Shown here: piece after piece, positions 36,001-45,200 of the stretch
How the letters are laid out: each line of letters opens with the position of its first letter
How positions within the stretch are numbered: the stretch's first letter is position 1
Source: an uncultured virus (IMG/VR IMGVR_UViG_3300042892_000790)
Taxonomy: Duplodnaviria > Heunggongvirae > Uroviricota > Caudoviricetes > Crassvirales
DNA length: 64,000 bases
IMG/VR virus record: IMGVR_UViG_3300042892_000790
Direction: 5' to 3' (one strand)
Notes under the pieces: generated by a model
The model's database searches: none
What the model saw: the letters and a program-made list of their open reading frames with translations, nothing else
Told to the model about the DNA's origin: nothing
Made by a program: the position numbers and the translations under genes

Positions 36001-38987
36001 ACCTGTCTACAGCTAACTTTAAGTACGTTGACCGTTTCTTTGGAAGTATTCAAAAGCTGTACGCTCGTGACACAAACTTGATCGTATTTCAAGAGGATAA
36101 GATATCTACCGTTCTTTACGGAAAGAACTTGCTAAGCGACTCTACCGGCGGTGGAGCTATCGCTAGCATACCAGAGGTCCTAGGAACACAGATCTCCTTT
36201 GTTGGCGAGTATGGTATCAGTTTAAACCCAGAGAGCTTCGCTACATGGGGTAATGACATGTTCTTTACCGATGCAAGGCGTGGAGTTGTATTGACCATAT
36301 CTGGAAATGACCTAGGAGAGATTTCTATCCAAGGGATGAAGGACTGGTTTAGAGACTTGTTCATTGAAGGAACCAACAAGCAGAAGGTCGGAGTTCTAGA
36401 TCCGTACAGCCAAATGTACGTACTAACCTCAAACGATATTACATCTAGTCCTTGTCAATTGTCAATATCACCTCTGTCTATAACAACAGACAATACGGCA
36501 AAAACTGTAAACATATTTGATATTCAGTCTAACTCAGGATGGGTTATCACTGGAATGCCGGTATGGATGACAGTATCTCCATCGAGTGGAACCGGTGATC
36601 AAGACGTTATGGCAGACATTGCTCTAAACAGTACACTGGTTACAAGAAGTGCGGTTCTTACAATTACAGCTTCGTGTGGAAACGTAGTTACATTTACCAT
36701 AGTTCAAACAGGAAAACAACTTGTAAGAAGAGGGGGCGTAGTTATTGGCGGAAGCGGAGACAGCGGCACTGTCGGCACGCAGAAGTATAACTATAGTAGC
36801 TCTGGAACACTTGGATACGAGTTTACCGATACATCCTTTACTCCAGCCCCGGTCAGCTTGTTCAATACCTTTGGAGCTCCTGGCGGAACCGATGGTGTTC
36901 CAAACCCTGGAGACACGGTGACATTGTATGCCTACAACACCACTACTAGCCCGTCTGGAATTCCAGCTAATCCATTCTTACCTGGCCTTGGAAACAAAGC
37001 GTACTACTTGGTATCTAATACACAGTACACAGACCAAGACTCTGCGGCTATAATAGCCCTTGCGACTCCTGTCACAATGACACTTGCTGGCTCTGAGTAT
37101 AGCGGAACCTTCTCTTACTTAACACCATCCAATGAGCAGTACTTGTACTTGCTTTGGGACTATAGGAATATTATAGCGTGTGGAGCTACGGCGTCTTACT
37201 CTGGAACTGCATTGACATCTGAGACTACAGTAACTACTGGATCTGCAAACGGAAACGTTACATTTAACTATGATGCTCAGTCTACACCAGACCGTTTTGT
37301 TATTACATTGAATGGTGGCGTAGTTGCAGATAGTGGATACGTTGGACTCAATAGCTCGGCTAACTACAATGCGTTGATCGCGGCTGGAGTTGCTGCTAGC
37401 GACATCAAGTTGGTTTCTCCATATGATGGCCTTGTAAACAATAGTACAGGGACTTTGAAGTTTACAAAAACTCAAACTGGAAATCCAATACTTACCGTTT
37501 ACTCTCCACTATCATCAAATGGATGGAGTGTTGTTACTGCGTGTGCGAGTTTGAATACCGTAACAATCGACACCACAAATGGTACGTTAGCAAATGTTTG
37601 TGCTCAGACGCCGGCCACTGTTAAGTATCATAACGGGCCTTCGGCTACTCCTACAGTTGGTGTTATCGTTTACAACGAGTCTACGGGAGCAACTATTTAC
37701 AACGGAGGAAATGCATATCACAAGTTTGGCACGTCTTACGCATTCATAACATCAGCTGGTGTTATCACAGAGGTTGGATCTTGTATTTGCGCTGAGACGT
37801 TCTCTCCGATCGTTACGATGTCTGACATTGAAATAGCGGTGGCGGCTGGTGTATCTATAAAAATTGCAGCAACAAATAACCCGACAAGCTATAACTTGAT
37901 CACCACCTGTACTAGTTTTACATTCTATGGTGGTATTGATGGAGCTGTGTTCTACGGTGCAAACTGCGAGACAGGATACTACGAGACATTCCCTGTATCT
38001 GCATACGAGACAAGTTCAAGGTGCTTTACAGCTGGAACAGTAACCAAGTTGTCTGGGTCTGCTGACGCTACGCTAGAGGCCACTGGGTCTTGTGGTGAAA
38101 CATCTTTACCATTTGGTATTACTTTCGATAGTACAAATGGATTCTTGTCAGGAATTGCAGAGGGACAGGGGCAGTACAAGGCTACCTTTAATGCTACAAA
38201 CTGCTTTGGAACTGGACCAAATACTACTATTAACATCTCAGCTGTTCAGCTAGATGCTCCTGCAACTGCATTCCAAATCAACGTAGACGATCAGGCTAGT
38301 GCCGCTGCCGCATGTGCACTAGTTCCAGAGGTTTGGGTGACCCTTTACCACAACGGATACTACACGTACCCAATACTTGGTGACACGGTTTACATTCAGT
38401 CTAGAGGCGGAAATACTTTTGACGGAAATAACTTATGGTATGCTATCAATAATAATCAGGCAATTCAGATCAGTGATGATGGGGTTGTCACTGCGGTATT
38501 CAACTGCGGCTCAACGCCTCCAACACCTCCGACACCTCCAGCCGGAAACTACTACACCGCTGTTCTATGTAATAGTACATACAGTGCCGTCCTTTACGAT
38601 GCTGTAGCTCGTGTTGTTGCGTCTGGAACTAAGTTGAAGACCACTGACGGGAACTGCTGGACTGTAGGAGCTGCGGTAGCTGCAATAGCGACTAGCTTCA
38701 ACATACCAACAACTATCGTTACATTCGCAAGCTGTGCAACGTGCACTGGCGTAGTGCCGGCCCTTACAGAGGTATTCTTGACCGATTCTGGTACCAAGAC
38801 TGGTGTGTGTGCTTCTCCTAACTATTACTCTTACTGGACTAATGGAACGGTAGGGACTAGTGGAACCTTGTACATGAACTCGTCTGGAACTATCGTAGCA
38901 CCTTCTGGGTACTACAAGAATCAGGCTGATCCAACAAATGCACACTACTGGAGCGGAACTGCTTGGACACTGACAGAAGCTTGCTAA
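33069..38987 (+). CDS. tail stabilisation/muzzle protein (P22 gp10-like), N-part, with BACON/Ig extension
   Basis: MNKDLDERLVP.GQYRDALN, FWTDNLNPPR, NGVES.RIRD.FN, YGISLNPESFA, FTDARRG; BACON-like domain near 36500-36710. Confidence 0.8.
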   Translation: MQITRSLVSGIMNKDLDERLVPNGQYRDALNVTVGTSEDAGVGAVANELGNTQVSGLAAAATTFSGSAFSLAGAKTIGSIAVPAEFLIFWFVKAVTGNIIASYNSQTGLTSIIAMDTRAGSSNVLNFNSEYLITGVNYISGLLFWTDNLNPPRRVDTKAFYPFNNFTQDDINVIVKPPLTAPTLALRNDSSVLSNNIKDKFLYFAYRYKYVNNEYSSFSPFSEVGFQPSIFTFDYGTGVNKSMQNRWNIIDISFSTAGSNIKEIQLLFKDSASTNVNVIENLVLSDLVLGNIQGVTYNAGAQTAKFSGFANNKVYGVLPSNQLTRLFDNVPLKAKAQELISSRIIYGNYTQFYNIVSIAGKGIVPNYSVSIVSESKLSTGYVINSPVKTLHSDRGYEVGICYMDDYGRMSTVLTSSTNTASVSSANSDTSNYLKVNIISEAPSFATKYRIFVKQAKGQYYTIFPNIFYTEGIYTYFMINESDVDKVHANDYIVFKVNPNGITYSNTEFKVLDVVVKEKDFLNNKKNQISGVYMKVKTDGNTAFSASNLIVNKTSSRGVTSARKSKYAAGFTCASLGDPGVLPIFFPHSFTEDPVFYGAGANDLATVNKSDKVLVDRRIRIEIDGRNASGIDTFKVSVLSTDVAGASLIQNVAITGTNQVISDGTKTLCTIRFAKTTGHTIGDSWRINQRANWTSFDGRTVFGGPLVFTGFDDPFGGIAVFPKDATSISGGAVITIKINETRVAGGEGQPEQTFISSRDYINIEEWFFEDSIYEQFTMTARSQNQGATTVFFRRCSNYRNIQSGSQSCTQVDQTDNGDIRMFIRGHADANSDDFKSGNSISCIRAILTVDCTITQAKNKTIIETQPKNTDIDIYHETETFSVTNGLHSGTNGQNQSRDTAGTIRKPAIVDLVNVYNAYCFRNGVESDRIRDDFNGSSMQYSPRVSSTIENYEQERVPHGLTYSGVFREDTGTNRLNEFNLSTANFKYVDRFFGSIQKLYARDTNLIVFQEDKISTVLYGKNLLSDSTGGGAIASIPEVLGTQISFVGEYGISLNPESFATWGNDMFFTDARRGVVLTISGNDLGEISIQGMKDWFRDLFIEGTNKQKVGVLDPYSQMYVLTSNDITSSPCQLSISPLSITTDNTAKTVNIFDIQSNSGWVITGMPVWMTVSPSSGTGDQDVMADIALNSTLVTRSAVLTITASCGNVVTFTIVQTGKQLVRRGGVVIGGSGDSGTVGTQKYNYSSSGTLGYEFTDTSFTPAPVSLFNTFGAPGGTDGVPNPGDTVTLYAYNTTTSPSGIPANPFLPGLGNKAYYLVSNTQYTDQDSAAIIALATPVTMTLAGSEYSGTFSYLTPSNEQYLYLLWDYRNIIACGATASYSGTALTSETTVTTGSANGNVTFNYDAQSTPDRFVITLNGGVVADSGYVGLNSSANYNALIAAGVAASDIKLVSPYDGLVNNSTGTLKFTKTQTGNPILTVYSPLSSNGWSVVTACASLNTVTIDTTNGTLANVCAQTPATVKYHNGPSATPTVGVIVYNESTGATIYNGGNAYHKFGTSYAFITSAGVITEVGSCICAETFSPIVTMSDIEIAVAAGVSIKIAATNNPTSYNLITTCTSFTFYGGIDGAVFYGANCETGYYETFPVSAYETSSRCFTAGTVTKLSGSADATLEATGSCGETSLPFGITFDSTNGFLSGIAEGQGQYKATFNATNCFGTGPNTTINISAVQLDAPATAFQINVDDQASAAAACALVPEVWVTLYHNGYYTYPILGDTVYIQSRGGNTFDGNNLWYAINNNQAIQISDDGVVTAVFNCGSTPPTPPTPPAGNYYTAVLCNSTYSAVLYDAVARVVASGTKLKTTDGNCWTVGAAVAAIATSFNIPTTIVTFASCATCTGVVPALTEVFLTDSGTKTGVCASPNYYSYWTNGTVGTSGTLYMNSSGTIVAPSGYYKNQADPTNAHYWSGTAWTLTEAC

Positions 38988-39004
38988 TATCGTAACTTTG
39001 CATA

Positions 39005-39751
39005 ATGGCTAATTATACTCTCACATACTCCCCAGCGCTCGAAGGGTGGACATCGTTCCACTCATATTTTCCAGAGTGGATGGAACACATGAACAGCTTC
39101 ATGTATACATTCAAAAACGGGGAGATGTGGAAACACAATACCAATGCAACTCGCAATAGGTGGTACAATGTAAATTACCCATCTACTATTACCGTTATAT
39201 TGAACGATGCTCCGGCCGAGACCAAGATGTTCAAAACCCTGTCTTACGACTCGGACCACAAGTGGTCTGCCTCTGTAATCACAGACCTAAGCGCAGGGTC
39301 GATGGCAAGCAGCTACTTCGAGGAGAAGGAGGGAGGTTACTTTACATACATTAGAAGGAACACTGGAACAGTAGACTTAAAGGCCATGTCGTCACAAGGT
39401 GTTGGTAATGCTAGCGCTGTAACGCTTATTGCTTCAGTTACCTATAGAATTGACTTTACGTTCGACATTGGGTCAATCATGAGCATTGGTGACTTGGTTT
39501 ATGTGGTTCCAGTTAGCACGCCTCTTATATCTGGTCAGATAACCGCTTTGACATCTAACTCTATTACAATCGTAATGGTAGTTGGTGGTACAGTCCCAGC
39601 TATAGGGAACTTTATCATGGTTGTTAAAGATGCCGTTGCCGAGTCTTACGGAGCCAGAGGTTACTACATGGAAACAACTCTCACAAACACTGACACAGAG
39701 GCTGTTGAATTATTTGCAATTTCTTCACAGATATTTAAAAGTTACCCATAA
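39005..39751 (+). CDS. muzzle protein C-terminal part
   Basis: TLTYS...GWTSFHSY.PE...KMFKTL...KEG.YF...GARGYY...ELFA. Confidence 0.7.
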   Translation: MANYTLTYSPALEGWTSFHSYFPEWMEHMNSFMYTFKNGEMWKHNTNATRNRWYNVNYPSTITVILNDAPAETKMFKTLSYDSDHKWSASVITDLSAGSMASSYFEEKEGGYFTYIRRNTGTVDLKAMSSQGVGNASAVTLIASVTYRIDFTFDIGSIMSIGDLVYVVPVSTPLISGQITALTSNSITIVMVVGGTVPAIGNFIMVVKDAVAESYGARGYYMETTLTNTDTEAVELFAISSQIFKSYP

Positions 39752-39772
39752 CTTCGCTATCTTTGCGTAGCA

Positions 39773-40180
39773 ATGGGTTTTCAGGCAAGGTTTCTTACAG
39801 AGAACGATTACGACAACATCTTATGTGGATGGTGGTCTGATTGGAGATGGACGCCTCCTTCCAAAGACTTCTTGCCAGACAATGGCAATGGTGGAGTTAT
39901 CGTATCAAAAGACGGTACCGACATCTGCGCTGGATATCTTTACTTTACCAATTCTAAAGCAGTATGGGTAGAGTTTGTGGTGTCTAATATTAACTATAAG
40001 GACAAGGATAGGAAGCAAGCTATTATGTTCTTAGTTGACACATTGACTGAATATGCGAAACTAAACGGAGCGAAGTACGCTTATGTTTCTTTGAAGAGCC
40101 AGCCACTGATCAATAAGTTTATTGAGTGTGGCTTTCAACAGGGCAGCGTTGGTTGTACGGAACTCATAAAAACATTATAA
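39773..40180 (+). CDS. GNAT-fold acetyltransferase-like protein
   Basis: ICAGYLY...WVEFVVSN...AKLNGAKY...FIECGF; position before ejection genes. Confidence 0.6.
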   Translation: MGFQARFLTENDYDNILCGWWSDWRWTPPSKDFLPDNGNGGVIVSKDGTDICAGYLYFTNSKAVWVEFVVSNINYKDKDRKQAIMFLVDTLTEYAKLNGAKYAYVSLKSQPLINKFIECGFQQGSVGCTELIKTL

Positions 40181-40181
40181 A

Positions 40182-40919
40182 ATGCCGGCAGTAACATCAA
40201 TCATAGCAGCAGCAGGAGCCGCAGCAAGCGCTGGACAGGCAATTTCTGCCAACCAAAGAAGAAAGAAAGACGAGGCAGCAGCTAAAACAGCGGCAGCTAA
40301 TCTTCGTGGTTTAACAGAGACCGACTACTCGGCTGGACTACAAGTCCCAACAATGGGATACAACTTGGCACAGCAGGGTATTCAACAGCAAGAGGCCGCT
40401 GGACTACAGGCCTTGCAAGAGACTGGAGCCGCTGGTGTTATCGGTGGTGTACCGTCAATGGTACAGGCTGGAAATCAGGCAAACCAGGAACTATCTGCAG
40501 ATCTTCAGCAAGCCGAATACAACAGAGACTTGTACCGTTCACAGAACAGGCAGGGTATTGAAGGTCGAAGAGTGGAAAGGGATTTTGACATAGGCGCAAG
40601 CGAATTACAGGGAGCTCAAATGTCTGCACTTCAAAACAAGCAAATGGTAAACGAGGGGATTTCTGGAGCGTTCTCTGGACTAACTTCAATGGGAGAGTCT
40701 ATTGCTACAAACCAAGCGCTATACAAGACAATACCAAAGACAGGCGTTACAATGAACGATGCATTAGCCCCGTTCCAACAGCCATTGAATGCGGAGATGT
40801 TGGGTGGTCAAAAGGTTAAAGGTGCGCCACGAGGAACGATGCAGTACGGTAATTCTTCATACGCTCCTGGCTATAGCCCATTTGGACAAGTTTCAAGTTT
40901 AACAATCCCACGTAAATAA
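40182..40919 (+). CDS. DNA pilot/ejection protein
   Basis: A/G/Q-rich amphipathic helices. Confidence 0.6.
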   Translation: MPAVTSIIAAAGAAASAGQAISANQRRKKDEAAAKTAAANLRGLTETDYSAGLQVPTMGYNLAQQGIQQQEAAGLQALQETGAAGVIGGVPSMVQAGNQANQELSADLQQAEYNRDLYRSQNRQGIEGRRVERDFDIGASELQGAQMSALQNKQMVNEGISGAFSGLTSMGESIATNQALYKTIPKTGVTMNDALAPFQQPLNAEMLGGQKVKGAPRGTMQYGNSSYAPGYSPFGQVSSLTIPRK

Positions 40920-40920
40920 G

Positions 40921-42291
40921 ATGCCAGAATATATAGGTTATCAAGGAAGGGCCAAGGGGGTCGATTGGGCTGGAATAGCTGACAAGGCTATTACTGGATA
41001 CAATACGATACAAAAAGATCGTGACGAGCAGCGTGCTTCTCTTGAGAAGTCTGCTGACGATTTAGTTGCTGCCTCAAAACTGTACAAGCCTGGTCAGTCA
41101 AATGTATTTAACGAAAAGATTTTAGAGGGTGCTGACAGGGCTAGAACATATACACTAGATCTCAAGAAGGAATTGATGGCCGGAAGGATTACACCTACCG
41201 AGTACAAGTCTCGTGTTGGAAAGATGTCTAGTGACTGGAAGGTAGTGGGTGACTTTGCTAAGTCTTACAACGATATTTTAGCCAAGAACACAGAGTACTT
41301 AAACGATCCAAAGGCGTCAGCTCTTGGTGCGTACTTGTTGGAAAAGCAGGCAAGTGTGTCAGACTTGTCTGGCAAGAACTTCGTAGTAGATCAGGGTGGA
41401 AGTATAGTTTTGTCTGACCCAAATTCTGGGATGGTAATTGACTTTATGTCTATGCTTAATCCAGAGAACCAAACACCACAAAAGCTTGACGTCATTACCG
41501 AGGTCGAAAAATTCACAAAGGGACTTGGGGAGACCTCTAAGTATGTAGGTGGATTGTGGACAACATCTCCAATCCTAAAGACCGACAATGAGTATCAAAA
41601 AGCAAAGGCCAACTTTACAAAGTCTATGCTACAGAATCCAAGAGGTGCTGCAAGCATTTTATCTGACTATGTTGGTGGATACGATTTCTACGAGACAGAG
41701 CAGCAGAAGAAAGATATCGAAGCAGCAGGAGGAAAGGCCATTCAATTGGTTCAAGGCACAAATGGTATTGCCACTCCAAAGCTAACAGCAGACCAAGAGA
41801 AGGAAGCAAGAGCCGTTTTAGATAGATTGGTTGACTCTCGTGTTGATGTTAAAAAAGACAAGCCAGAGACTATTAGGCCTGCTACTCCAGAAAAGCCAGA
41901 CGAAGGAATCTTGAAGGTTAACAACAGAAGACAGTCAGTTGAAGATATATTCGCAGATCCAGTTGGTCAATCAGCTCAGTTGTTAGACCAAGAATATAAG
42001 CCGGGACAAACAGTTGTTGATGTACAAAAGGTTGTCCCAGAAGGCATGACAAAAGACAAAAAGCCATTGCCTCCAGGGATAAGAATAACTAGGAGGAAAA
42101 CATCTATCGATAAAAATGGAAAAGTTACAGAAAGCTTTGTGTCTGATGATTTTTTTAATGACGCAGCAAAGCGTGCTATTAATGACGTGTTGAATGTTGA
42201 AGAAAATATACCATATTTGAAAGTGTATCCAACAAGAGAGCGAGTTGAAAAAGCAAGAAATACAACAATATCAGGAGGAACAGTTAGATAA
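40921..42291 (+). CDS. internal virion/ejection protein
   Basis: Helical, between pilot and giant protein. Confidence 0.6.
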   Translation: MPEYIGYQGRAKGVDWAGIADKAITGYNTIQKDRDEQRASLEKSADDLVAASKLYKPGQSNVFNEKILEGADRARTYTLDLKKELMAGRITPTEYKSRVGKMSSDWKVVGDFAKSYNDILAKNTEYLNDPKASALGAYLLEKQASVSDLSGKNFVVDQGGSIVLSDPNSGMVIDFMSMLNPENQTPQKLDVITEVEKFTKGLGETSKYVGGLWTTSPILKTDNEYQKAKANFTKSMLQNPRGAASILSDYVGGYDFYETEQQKKDIEAAGGKAIQLVQGTNGIATPKLTADQEKEARAVLDRLVDSRVDVKKDKPETIRPATPEKPDEGILKVNNRRQSVEDIFADPVGQSAQLLDQEYKPGQTVVDVQKVVPEGMTKDKKPLPPGIRITRRKTSIDKNGKVTESFVSDDFFNDAAKRAINDVLNVEENIPYLKVYPTRERVEKARNTTISGGTVR

Positions 42292-42297
42292 TAAAAT

Positions 42298-45200
42298 ATG
42301 ACCGATTTAAAGCAATCATTAAGAGATTTTGTTGCAACAGCAAATAGTGGAAAGTACGCTGATGAGAATGTATTAATATCTAAATTCCCAGAATTAAAGG
42401 GGTACGACATTGGAGTGTTAAAGGATTTTGTTGCTACCTCTAATAGTGGTAAGTATCAAACAGAGGACGAGTTGTTTTCAAAGTTCCCTGAGTTTGCAGT
42501 AAAAAAAAAAGAATTGGTTTCTCCTTCTCAACAAAAAGCTCAACCTACTTCATTGGCTACTGGTGGGGCGATGGAAGGTGGGCCTTCGGTGCCTTCTGTA
42601 AATCCTCCAAGCAATAAGCTTCAAGAGGAATTATTCCAAAAGACAAGACTAGCCGCTAGCGCAGTTACTGCGTCTGCAAAGCCAGGATACACTCCAGTGC
42701 CGAAGGAAGAAGCTCAGAAAGCTTTCTATGGCAAGGCCAAGGTTGCGCCTGTTGCTTTGTATTTAAAAAGCCAAGGCACAAAGGAAGAAGCCGTATCTAA
42801 CTTAAATAAAGATTTTGGCAAATTGGGCGTTAGGTTTGAGCAAGCTCAAAATCCTATAGCTAAGTCCATGGGTGACGTTGTTGCTACTGCAGACAATGGT
42901 CAGTCCATTACAATTCAAGCATCAGACAATGAAAGACTAGCGAAGATCGAGTCTGAAAGGCTTCAAAACTTCTTGATGAATAACTCTGCTGGAGTAGAAA
43001 AGAAGGAAGTAACTCCAATAGACATGCTCAGAATGACACAGGGTGGTATTTCTGAGATGGAAGAAAATAAATTCAAAAGGGTTTACACGCCAGAAATGAT
43101 TAATGAAACTGTAAAGTTTGTTAATGAAGAGGTTAATAAATCGAACAAGAAGTTACAGGACATAAATAATCAGATTCAAGAAATTAACAATGAGGCCGCA
43201 AGGTTAAATGGCATTGTTGGTACTGCCACTCCAGAGGAGCAAGACAGAATCAAGTATTTGACTGATAGGTATGACTTGTTAAAGTCTGACTTTGATAGGG
43301 AAAGGGAGAATGCAAAAGTTGTATCCCAGCTTGGAAGCGAAGGAATTGGCATGGCCGCAGCTGAGCACTTGAAACTGTTAGAGCAAAAGGGTGGTTTTGG
43401 GAAATCAATATACAACCATACCGTAAACATGATAGGCAATACCGTTAACGGCGCTTTTCAATTGGCTTCGCTTGGTATAATGGATAAGGGTGCAGATTAC
43501 GCACAAAACTTAACAAACGAATTTAAGAAAGAGTTTAAGTTCTCAGAAACACAGGCATACGAACAAAGTAGCAACATGGCTATGAATGTTCTTTTCTCTA
43601 TGCCAGAATGGCTTCCAATGGCTGCAATGGGACCTGCCGCTGGTACTGCATTTATGTTTAACCAAGGGGTTGGACGTAGAATGGAAGAAGTAAATTCCAA
43701 CGAAGAGACTAAGAACATGTCTCAAGCAGAGAAGCTGGCCATGGTAGCGCCTATGGCATACGTAGAGGCTAGGTTGGAAAATCTTGGTCTATCTGCTTGG
43801 TTGAGCAAGAACAAGGGCTTAGCGTCTTCGATTGCTATTAAGGCTGTAGCAAACGTAGCTCCTAAAGCGGGGGCTGCAGGTGTTGCTAGATTAATCAATA
43901 CCGAAATCAATAACCTTGCATTAAAAGGTGTTTTCAATGTTGCAGGAGCTACTCTCGCGGAAGCCGAAACTGGTGCATTACAATATGCAACAGAAAGCGG
44001 AATGAAAGAGCTTTACAATATTGCAGAAGGAAAACAAATATTCAAGCAACCGCAATTTGGATCAGAGGCATGGGCAAAAGAACTTGCCGAAAGTTCGCTC
44101 ATGGAAGGCCTTGGTGGTATGTTTGTTTCTGGACCAATTAACATAGCTCAACAAACTGCAAATTATGTAGTAGGCAAGTCAAATACAAATCAAACATTTG
44201 GTATTGTAAAGGACTTGTTAAACGACAACATTGCCGAGAGGTCTATGATTGCTCAGTTAAGCGCTGCTGTAAATGATGGTAAACTTTCAAAAGAAAAGGC
44301 ACAAAACACTCTGTACAACTTCAGAGAGGCCAAGGCTATTGTAAGAGAACTTCCTCAAGAACTAAGCGAAGACAACCAAAGAGCTGCATTTGATTTGATT
44401 GCAGAGAAGAGGAAATTGACAAAACAGATTGAGGGAAAAGATCCTTCATTGGTAAACAAACAAAAGAAGCGTATAACAGAAATTGAAAACCAACTAATAG
44501 ACATATCAAATGCCGTTCAAGAGCAAACAACAAGTGAAGTACCTGTACAGTCAGAAGCCAGAAGTGGCGAAGAAGTTCAGAAAGGACAGCCCCAGCCAGA
44601 ACCTGAAGTCGTTGCCGAAGAAGGTCAAGAAAAAGTAGTAGTTCCAGGCGAAAAGGATATTGTTTCTGGTATTGAGATAACGTATCCTACAGATCAGGAG
44701 AAATCTGAGCGTCAAGCTACAAGAAACTCGGTTGAATACGTTTCTATGAAATCGGCTGAGCTTCCTGTTATTACAGAGGAAGAGCTTCAAGAGGACTTAC
44801 AGGGAGAATTTGCAATGGTTACCGCGGAGAACCCAATGGCACAACCACTTACCGAAGAGGAGAATACTGCGTTAAATTTAAAGGCAGAGAAGTGGCTTAC
44901 AGATAAGGGTTACTCTCCAAAAAGAATTGTAGGTAAGTATGACCAGGCGGAGAACTCGTTCTTTGTAAAAGGCATGACCAAAGAGGATTCTTTGGCGTTT
45001 GCCAAGGAGTTCAACCAAGACTCAGTCGCACATTCTGATGGCCTTATATACCAGAGTGGAAAGATGAATCCGAGGGATACTGCTCAAGATAATTTTGAAA
45101 CTAAAAACTTTGTTGTTGGAGATAACTTTGTGTCAGTTGTAAATACACCAGAAGGCCCAAAAACTTTCTCTGTGGGATATAACTTTGACACAGAGATTGA

